From Klebsormidium nitens (taxonomy: Eukaryota; Plantae; Klebsormidiophyceae): a DNA stretch of 64,000 nt. Location: positions 1 to 64,000 of the forward strand of contig DF237003.1 in NCBI GenBank assembly GCA_000708835.1. The letters are read 5' to 3'. Both the position numbers and the translations under genes were made by a program. Under the pieces are notes generated by a model. The model did not search any database, was not told where the DNA came from, and was given only the letters and a program-made list of their open reading frames with translations. Below, one piece after another: positions 1 through 9,259 of this stretch (the stretch's first letter is position 1; each line of letters opens with the position of its first letter).

Positions 1-424
1 GGCGCCTGCGTGATGTCAGTGCGCGCCGCAACCAGAACGGGCAAGCAGCAGCCAATCAGTAGGTCAGCCGCCTCACGCCAAGCCGCGCCCAAGCTGCACA
101 GTGGCCTCACACGACAGGCCCCTAAGAACGAACGACGTCGCGGCCGTCTCGCTGACATGCCGCTGGGCTTTCTACCCAAGGACTTCATTCGGACTTCCAG
201 TCCGACCAGACCCGAGCCTGCAGAGCAGAGCCGGATTTTGCCCAGACAGCCGCGCTGGAAGTTACCGCGCTGGCCAAGGGAAAGCATAAAAAGACTGCAC
301 CAGAAGACGCTGCTAAGAGCGCAGCCCAGGGACCACCAGAACATGGATTCTGCCTCAGGGCTTTCAGGAGCTGCCGTCGGACGATCCACGCCGCCAGGGA
401 GTCATTTATGGGCCTACCGCCCCA

Positions 425-1010
425 GTGGACACTGCGCCCGCACTGCAGGAGGCCGACCAGGCACCAGCTGCCTTAGGTCCGCCCCCAGAGCCGGCTGCTG
501 ATAACATCTATGACCCAGAGAACCCCCGAATTGGAGCGCTCTTAGGGAAGCTGCCAGGGGCGTACCACAGTGACCCGACCGCGGGGTTCCATAGGTCACC
601 TCGGATTGATAACTCCGGCCCGCAGCCTGCCCTCCTAGTGAACGGGCGCGTGGTGCCGAACCTGATTCTGGATTCTGGCGCTGAGGCCGTCATCACTGGC
701 CCCTCAGGTGCCAAGGCAATGGGGATTACCCCTGACATGATTCGCCGCAGAGCGATTGTGATCCGCGGTGCAACAGGACAGCTGTCCGACCGCTTGGATC
801 GAACACTTGAGCCGGTCAGCTTCGAGCTGAACCCAGGCACCCCCGACGTAGTCACTGTTATGGCGCACGTGGTGATTGCATCCCACCGTTCTGCCTGACA
901 CACTGATTGGGATGAGTGTCATGGGACCGGCCAGCATTATTCCGAACCCCCGCAAGCAGCGGGCGAAGTATTATGTGAACCCGAACACAGACAGCGAGCG
1001 CAGCGCCTAC
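425..1010 (+). pseudogene. Retroviral-type aspartic protease domain of Pol (frameshift near 890)
   Basis: LLVNGRVVPNLILDSGAEAVITG motif; the C-terminal DTLIGMSVM segment continues in the next frame (ORF 876..1490). Confidence 0.85.
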
Positions 1011-1337
1011 CTTCGGTGTGAATTCCCGATCGAGTACGGCCGCTCCCCGCTGCATGCTTACACAGCAGTGCTTCGCGGCTACGTTGGGGCAGTTATGCCC
1101 TTGCACATCAAGACACCGATTTCGCGTCTGGAAGCTGAGACAGCTCGACGCCCACTTGATCAGTACAACACCGAACTGATGACAGTCACGACAGATATCT
1201 TCGACCGCAGCGTGCGCGCGCTGGCTATGCCGGCTGCCCCGCCGCGGCCTATTAGAAACCCCGCTTTCCAGCACATCCGACCCCTGGACCAGAGCCTGAT
1301 CGACAAACGGGCCGTCCTGGACGTCGCTGGACCGGGG

Positions 1338-2330
1338 CTGGTAGTCATTGAGCTATTCACCGGCGTGATGGCCACCACAGAGGCGCTGGTGCGCAGTGGC
1401 CTGAAGGTTCGGAAGGTCTACGCTTGCGAGCTGGACAAGAAGGCACAGAAGGTGGCCGAATTCCGGCTGGGGAAACTTCAGGAGATGTAACCCGGCCTGC
1501 TGAGCACCGAGGCGTTCTCAAACGTCCACGGCGCGCTCCCTGACAACATTCAGGATGTGACACGAGGCCATATTGAAGGCCTGGAGAAGCCCGACTTGAT
1601 CGTTGCAAGATTTCCGTGTCAGGGATTTTCGAGAGCGGCCAGCGAGGCCAAAGGGTTGCGCGACCCGCGCACCAAGCTGTTTACGGAGGCCATTCGGGTA
1701 GTGCACACTGTGACCAGTGTCCACGGACCTTGCGCCTACCTGTTTGAAAACGTCGACGCCAGCGATCACCCGCAGGCGGACGTTCGCGACGAGTTTAATG
1801 ACGTCGTCAAGGGGGTCCTTGGACCAGGCTTTGCATTTGACGCAGTTGCCGCGGGCTCGCTCGCCCACCGCAACCGTCGCTGGTGGACCAACCTAGTCCC
1901 CAGCCCGCTCATTACTGAGATGGTTGAGAAGCGCTTCAAGCAGCGCCCCGATTTTCGCCGAGTTCAGGACATTCTGGAACCTGGCAGGACCGCGCAGCGA
2001 GTCAAGCACTCTGGTGCGCCGGGTCGACACCGCGTGAATGAGACAGGACAGCCACTTCGGGCTCTTTCCACTTTCGTCTCTCTGCGCGGGTCCCACGCTT
2101 ACCGCGTCGGGAGCCACAGCATGATTTTAGCCGCCAATGGCGAGCAGGAAGAGCCGACCGCCCTAGAGCGCGAGCGCGCTATGGGTTTTCTGGAGAACAG
2201 CACTCAGGCTGGGCCACCGATCACTGAGTCGGACCGCCGGCGCTTGCTGGGAAGCACGATGGACATGCATGCCTTGACCTTCCTGGTCAGCAGCATCAAG
2301 TGCTACCAGTTCGCGTTCTTCTCAGATTGA
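1338..2330 (+). pseudogene. DNMT3-like cytosine-5 DNA methyltransferase domain embedded in Pol
   Basis: One reading frame across ORFs 876..1490 and 1557..2330 (single TAA at 1488-1490): motif I ELFTGVMA (1350-1373), motif IV DLIVARFPCQGFS (catalytic Cys 1617-1619), motif VI FENV (ENV 1746-1754), motif VIII AHRNRRWWTNL (HRNRRW 1866-1883), motif IX ERERAMGF, motif X RRLLGSTMD. Confidence 0.92.
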
Positions 2331-2649
2331 CAATTCATGCGGCCCACCGCCAGCGGGTGGTCGGGCCTGATGGCACCTGATGCTTCAGGAGAGCCCAACT
2401 TGGTGGCGCCGCATCACGCGGCAGCATTTGTGCGCGCTGGTCTTCTCCCGCAGCGTAAGTTTCGGAGTTGTACTCCCGCCTCAGACACAGCCGCCTGGCA
2501 CAGCGTCGAGTCGACCGCCAGCAGCGGCTGGGGGGGGGAGAGGCCAGATTGGCACACCGCAGAAAGATCCTGGCAAGGAACAGCCAGAGGGGGATCCCCC
2601 GGACCTCCCGGACTTACTGCCGTCCGAGGAAGAGTCCGAGAAGCTCGAC

Positions 2650-4080
2650 TGGGGCTTAGGGGGGCGAGGCGATCTTACGCCTGAGCAGAAGCAAGCTCTT
2701 GAGGACTTGATGGACGAATTTCGTGACGTGCAAGCAGCCGATATGTCCGAAATGTCCACAATCATCGGGAAGAGGTTCAAGATTCCGGTTACGGATGATA
2801 CACCGATTTTCAAACACCAGTACCGGCTCGCTTACGCCGAGAAAGACATTCTGAAGGACCAGGTCGAAGAGCGCCTGAAGTGCGGCTTTTTTCGCCGGTT
2901 CAGTGTCCCCATGGGCCTCGCCTACAACCATGCCGCCGAAGAAGGATGAGCACGGCAATTGGACGTTGAAGCGACCATGCGGTGACTATCGAGGACTGAA
3001 CAAGGTCAGCATCCCTGACCACTATCAGCTGCCGACTCCAGAGGAGATATTCGATGAGCTGGCGGGTTCGACGTGGTTTACCACGCTTGACCTGCGCTGG
3101 GGTTACCACCAGGTAGCCATTGCAGAAGAGGACATCTGCAAAACAGCGTTCTGGGGCCACGACGGTCTCTACGAGTGGGTTGTTATGCCCTTCGGGAGCT
3201 GAAAAACGCCCCTGCCTTCTTTCGGAGGCTGATGGACACCACACTAAGTGCGCAGCGCGAGTTCTGCCGCTGTTACATCGACGACGTGATCATTCACAGC
3301 AAGTCGTTCGACGAGCACCTGATACATCTGCGCGCCGTTTTTGAGCGGCTGCGCGCGAAGCGGATTAAGTGCCACCCTAAGAAGATGCGGCTGGCCGTTC
3401 GCACAGTGCCCTACCTGGGCCACTTTATCGTTCCTGGCGGGACAGCGCCGCAGGACGTGAAGGTGGAAGCCATCGTACGGATGGTTCCGCCTCGGGACAT
3501 CTCGGAGCTGCGAGCCTTCTTAGGCACCTGCGGTTACTACCGGAGATACGTCCAGAACTATGCGCGCATCGCCGCACCCCTGAACCGCCTGCTTCAGAAC
3601 GTCGTTGTCTGGAACTGGGTTACTGACGAGCAGAAAGCTTTCGAGCTGCTCAAGCTCAAGCTGACTGAAGCGCCGGTCTTACGGCGCCCCGACTTCACCA
3701 GACCCTCTGAGCTGCACACCGACTGGAGTGCCACTGGGCTGGGCGCTGTTCTCGCACAGCATGACGAGGAAGGGAAAGAGTACGTGGTCGCTTACGCGTC
3801 ACGCAGCAACAATCGAACGGAGCGAAACTACTCCAGCTACCATGGAGAGTGCTTAGCTGCCGTCTGGGGAGTTTGCTACTTTGCTACTTCCGCGTGTACC
3901 TGTACGAGAGGCAGTTCACGCTGATCACAGACCACGAGCCGTTGCAGTGGCTGATGACAAACACGAAGCTGACGGGCATGCACGCCCGCTGGGCAAACAT
4001 CCTGCAGGAGTACGATCTGACGATTGTGCACCGCAGTGGAGTCAAGAATCTGGATGCAGATGGGCTCTCGAGGAACCCGC
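2650..4080 (+). pseudogene. Reverse transcriptase - RNase H of Pol (frameshifts near 2900, 3198, 3881)
   Basis: SPWASP, RPCGDYRGLN, LDLRWGYHQ, KTAF, MPFG/LKNAP, YIDD, YLGH, LHTDWSATGLGAVLAQ, TDHEPL, ADGLSR read across ORFs 2380, 2903, 3175, 3849. Confidence 0.95.
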
Positions 4081-4479
4081 TCCCAGAGGATGATGACTGG
4101 ACAGATGCCCGAATGGACCACGTCGGTCTGGACTTACCTGCCGTCTCGGCATGCCTTGCCATCCTGGCCGGCACCCTGAGCGAGCCCGAGGACCCAGAGC
4201 TGACGCGCCTACTAAGCCCTGACGACATTCAGGCACCAGAGAGAAGCCTGGCAGACACGCCAGCAGAAAGCTCTGCCGAAGCGCAGGCAGAACGCCCTGC
4301 ACAGCCGCAGGCAGAAAGCCCTGCAGACGCGCAGGCACTTGCAATCGTGGCGCCCCTGCGTGAGGCCGCCGATGACGATGTTGACTTGCCGGTCCGATTT
4401 GACCGCGAGATTTGGGAGGACGCCCCCGTAATGGCGTACCTGGAGGCTGGCGTGTACGCAAACGGCGTGACACCGAAGC

Positions 4480-5600
4480 AGAAGGATCGCATCTGGCACC
4501 GAGCCCAGAGCTATCAGTTGAAGGACGGCGTCCTGAGAAAACGCCTCGTTGACAGCGCGACAAAGATTGTCCCCCGTCCAGAGCTGCGCGCGAACCTGAT
4601 TCGCCGCGTGCACCAGGATGTCGGCCACTACGGCGTTCTGAAGACGTACTCACTGCTGAGCCCCACTTACTGGTGGGTCCGGATGTACGGTCAGGTCCAG
4701 CACGAGGTAGCTGCCTGCACCGTCTGCGATCGGGTCAAGGCGACCTTCGACGTCAAGGACCCCGAGCTCAAGCCCCTGCCTATCATGGGCATGTTCTACC
4801 GATGGGGCGTAGACCTGTGCAAGATGCCACAGAATTCCGACGACGGCAACCGCTACGTCGTCGTGATGGTCGAGCACTTTACGAAATGGATTGAGCTCCG
4901 TGCGATTCCGGCCAAGGAGGCCAAGCACGTCGCAGCCGCCTTTCGGGATGTTCTGATCCGATTTGGAGCGCCCGCGGAGGTCGTGACCGACCAGGGCCGC
5001 GAGTTTGAGGGCGAGTTCGATGAGCTCATGTTTGCCCTGTACATTGACCACATCTGGTCCTCGCGGAATCACCCGCAGACCGATGGTCTGGCCGAGCGCA
5101 TAGTACAAGTCGTCAAGAAGGCGATGCGCAAGTACGGCCTGCTGTTCAACAAGCGGCACTGGGACCGGTTCCTCCAATGGATTGCCTTGGGGTACCGAAT
5201 GAGCCGACAGGCGTCCCTGTGGGGGTATTCACCCTACTACATGCTCTTCGGCCGACACCCAATCGTCGGGAGCAAGGTCCGCGACGTTCTCCAGGAGCCA
5301 GTGGATCTGGACGATCCCATCCTGTGCGCGAAGTTCTTACACGACCGCGCTGAGCTGTTCAAAGAGATCGTACCCATGGCGTTCGACAATCTCGCCATCG
5401 CTCAGCACCGGGACATCCTGCGCTACGCGCACACCCGGTCAGGAGACTTCAAGCCGAAACTGCGTCGGTACGAAGTGGGCGATCTGGTTTACCTGCGCCG
5501 CCAGCCTGCTGACTCCCTGGACCCCAAAGTCGGCCGCCTGATTCCGGCGCGTCAAGGAACTGAAGGGAACGGGCCGAGTCCTTTTGGAAGGCCGTGACCA
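4480..5600 (+). pseudogene. DDE integrase of Pol
   Basis: HQDVGHYG...CTVC zinc finger; GVDL, VTDQGREF, GLAER catalytic motifs; frameshift near 5545. Confidence 0.93.
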
Positions 5601-5697
5601 GAAGACGATTACTGAGCACGTCGAGAACTGCGCTCCGTGCCACGACCCGAACATCGACCTCTGGCAGAACCCTGTGTTCACCGAAGCAGACCGGGAC

Positions 5698-5862
5698 CAG
5701 GCATGCCAAGTCTGCCATAAGACAACAGGCGCACCGAAGATGCTGCTGTGCGACAACTGCGACGAGGGCTGGCACATGCACTGCCTGACCCCGCCAGTGA
5801 AGCGCATGCCAAAGGGCAATTGGTTCTGCCCGAGGTGCCCTGTCAACGACGACGATGACTAG
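5698..5862 (+). pseudogene. PHD finger at the integrase C-terminus (end of Pol)
   Basis: CQVC-x8-LLCDNC-x4-HMHC-x13-WFCPRC = C4HC3 PHD pattern, 5704-5838; stop TAG 5860-5862. Confidence 0.92.
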
Positions 5863-5937
5863 ACGACTACTACGACTACCTTATTCGGGCTACTTCCGGG
5901 ACTTCAGGAGGCTACGTCGGGACGACTTCGGCAAGCT

Positions 5938-5946
5938 GGGGGGGAG
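5938..5946 (+). other. Polypurine tract
   Basis: GGGGGGGAG lying 75 bp after the Pol stop and directly before the repeated LTR-like sequence. Confidence 0.7.
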
Positions 5947-6651
5947 TACCATGGATTACTACGTTTTCTGCATGACTACGACTACATCAGCATGCTAAAA
6001 TTGATTGCGCGGATTAGCCGCGGTAGTTTTTCATTTCGAGCACATTAGATTGCGCATGGTCATAGGACCCGAGACGTTACTGACACGACATGTAGCATCA
6101 CGACAGCTGTCACGCTGTATGACATCGGCATAGCAGAGCATCGGTTGCATAGCGTATTGCATGATTTGCTTGTTATTGCATAGCTTATGAGACGTTGCAT
6201 AGCTTACGAGCTAGATTGCAGAGACGCGGTTACCTTAGCAGGTTATCGCAGACTCTAGTTCACGTTCGCAGTCGTTATGACTTGAGCCACAGCTCAGTCT
6301 GCTAGTATTCGATTCGATAGGCTAGTCTTACGGTTAGCCTCAGACCACGCCATACATTAGGCAGAGACATCTCGCTAGGAGACCATTCTTCTCGCGAGTA
6401 GACTCTCGTGAGGAGCTCTTGGCGCTTTGACATGGTGGCCATGCTTGCATCCTTTTAGTCTACTCGGCATTCACCTCTCTCCTTGCACTTAGTACCATGG
6501 ATTACTACGTTTTCTGCATGACTACGACTACATCAGCATGCTAGGATTGATTGCGCGGATTAGCCGCGGTAGTTTTTCATTTCGAGCACATTAGATTGCG
6601 CATGGTCATAGGACCCGAGACGTTATTGACACGACATGTAGCATCACGACA
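5945..6651 (+). repeat. 3' LTR region with a 161-bp direct repeat (5945-6105 / 6491-6651)
   Basis: Two copies 546 bp apart with 3 mismatches; non-coding; follows the PPT; ends in ...CACGACA. Confidence 0.85.
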
Positions 6652-6746
6652 ACGCATTGAGAGGTTCAACCTTAATCCGTCAGGATTGGGACTGTGACCT
6701 GTTGAATACGGAGCTTTCGAAAGGCTTTCCAAAGCCGGCAGTACAG

Positions 6747-8647
6747 TCAGTTCCGTCGACCCTCCACGACTATCATGTGATAGCCGTGCCTGCATTGAAA
6801 GAAACAATAGCTTTGTCAAAAACACAAGCAATGTTTACTTGAAGGACATGATTGAGACGAATGTTTACTTTCATCTTCTCAAATTAGAACCACCAGCAGA
6901 ACTTTGGAGTCATTAGCACCATTTCTCAACACCCCGGTCGAGCGGATAAAGGACGGATCGGACAAAGCGACATTTTCATGTACATCGCGCGTAAAATATG
7001 CATACGCCATGATAATTGAAGACAATCAACGGGTTGCCAACTTACGTCGATTTGAAAGGAGGAGCGAGTTCGCCAATTGGTGTTGCAAAAGCGACTTCTT
7101 GGAACGGTCCTGCCATTTTACCCCGTGGGAACCAGCCGAGGTCGCCCCCTTTCTTGCCCGAAGGACATTCCGAATACTCCATCGCTAGCTGCAAAAACCC
7201 GAGCTAGAGATCGCTGGTAAAACAAGGCTCCTCTAATCCTTTGAGAACAACTAAAGAAGTAAAATCTGAAAAACAGGCGGCTGTATCTTGACACAGAGAC
7301 CAGGGTATTCTTAATACTCAACAACAAGCAGGTAGTCTAGATGCAAGCGCTTCTATCAGAACATTCTGAAACCTCCACGACCTCACCTTGCCGAATTCTG
7401 CAGGTGGTACTTTGTCCCCAGCGTTCAACCAGCCTGCAGCGTACCCAAAAAAGCTAGAGTGTCAACATGCAAACAGACAAATATCTGATCCCAACACTCA
7501 TAGGCCCGGCACCCGGCTCAGTCCCATCTCACCAAACTAGGAGGGAAGACAAACTGTGCTAAGAGACGTAAACATGTAACAACGTAGACAACGTAGACGA
7601 CACAGGTGGTTACGACAGAACCTGCTTTCCTCGTCATGAGCCAGGCTGTGAGGATATAAGATGCCTCTCATAACACCATAAAGCATCCAGGTGGCCTTTG
7701 TCTTTCTTGAGTGTCTTGAAACTAGTCGAACGACTTTGTGCCCCAATCCAATTCTCACAGCTCAACCTATAAGCTGCAAGACAAAGGTGCCTTGCATAAC
7801 GGAAGGGAAGTGGAAAGATAAGTTGCCTTGAAGAAGGCAATCAGGGTATTAAGCTGCTGAGGGCAAGCATCGGCCTCATTAGAGTCCAGGCTGTAAGAGG
7901 GTGAGCTGACCACAAATGTTAAGAAGTAAACATCAGAAACGCAGGAAGAGTGGTCGGCCAGACTGACCTTCTTGCAGCTTCTTGTACGCTTCTTGGATTT
8001 TCCCCTGCTTTTCACAGAGAATGTGTCTAGCTGCAGTAGAAGGTTGGGAGATACAAACATCAATTGTAAATCTTGTCATGCCGTTTTTTAAGCCTTCTAA
8101 CAAACATCTTGTCATTGTCATCAGCGGGTTGACATCAGTAGGCTTTTAAAAGACAATTGGAGCACTTCACAAAATAGCAAAGTGAGGTCAGATTCAGTTT
8201 GACAGCATTGAGCTCTCAAAGACGATACAGAGTTTTAGAAAACATCGTGAGGAATCTTGGGAGGGAAAGAAAAGGGAAAGCGATCAGCGATGTTCTTGTA
8301 TGGGGCTCAGATCCTTGGTGGCGCGTTCTGGGGTGGTGCAGCATTTTACTGCACCCTTTGTTCCTTAAACAGAGTGCCACTATCACCCGCAAAACCAAGC
8401 ATGTCTTGCAAGTATTATGTGATGCATTAAAACAAACGTCTTCCACGCACCACTGATTTTCAACTTTCGTATCAAACACTAATTCAGCAAGGTCCTTTGT
8501 AGTGGAGCAATGCTGCATACCTTTCACATAAGTACATGTCCCTAGTCCTTCTTTGCTGCCCTTCCCTTTCCCCTTGCCACTATCGCCTCCCCCTTTTCCT
8601 GCTGCCGCTTTCCCCCCTGATGCCCCTGCTTTCGCTTTCGGGGCCAT
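6747..8647 (-). CDS. PIN4: Parvulin-type peptidyl-prolyl cis-trans isomerase (PIN4/Par14 family), 5 exons, 140 aa
   Basis: Exons 8647-8521, 8030-7968, 7433-7387, 7188-7046, 6789-6747, all GT-AG and in phase; GLGTCTYVKARHILCEKQGKI...YSECPSGKKGGDLGWFPRGKMAGPFQ...STHGYH matches plant PIN4. Confidence 0.96.
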
Positions 8648-9259
8648 CCTGGAATTCCAACAATCAGGCACGTAGAGAACACCTCCGGCTCAAGCTAAAA
8701 CTGAAAGTAAAGCACTGGTGTTGGAGGGTTGTGATTTTTCGTGCGTCTTTTGCTGGCAATTGAGCGCTTCTTGAGCAATCGAGCAGTTCGTTCTTGAGCA
8801 GCTTGTTTTCAAGAGCTTGAAAAACAATTGCACCTGGGAGCAAACCTCGAAACCCGTTCGTTAACTTGCATTTATGCCTGGTTTAGCGGCCGATTCAGCC
8901 ATAACCAAGGGTCAACCCAGCTTGCCTACAAGACTGATGTCAATGAGGACTCCACTATGTAAAGTTCCAGCTTGAAAGTTCAAAGCATGATCCTTGACGC
9001 TTTGAACATTTCAAACAGGACGCACAGAATGGGGGTCCTAGGTGCTTTTTGCAGTTTAAATCAATAGATGATTAGCCTTCTCTTACTTCCTGTCTATAGG
9101 CAGCTGCTCAAGCATTCCCTCAAGGAGGTTGGAGGAGTTGGCCTGCATCAATGCAAGCACCGTAATGAGCAGTACTCCCCCCTCCTGGATCGCTGGCCCC
9201 AATTGTCTTTCAAGTGGGAAGCAAAGCGAGTGAGTTGGTGATGTGATGTGATGCAGAAG

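Larger units (their letters stand above)
1..6651 (+). mobile_element. Ty3/Gypsy LTR retrotransposon (5' end outside window), domain order PR - C5-DNA methyltransferase - RT - RNase H - integrase - PHD, then PPT and 3' LTR; inactivated by stops and frameshifts
   Basis: Protease LILDSGA (D at 671-673); RT YIDD (3274-3285); RNase H LHTDWS; integrase HHCC and D-D-E core after RT/RH (Gypsy order); G-rich PPT 5938-5946 followed by an LTR-like non-coding segment. Confidence 0.95.

Noticed and set aside
4042-5177. Long minus-strand ORFs (203, 138, 175 aa) opposite the integrase
   Set aside because: Antisense shadows of GC-rich Pol coding sequence; no motifs of their own
5947-6490. A single canonical TG...CA LTR
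   Set aside because: No TG directly after the PPT, no matching inverted termini, and the 5' LTR and TSD are outside the window
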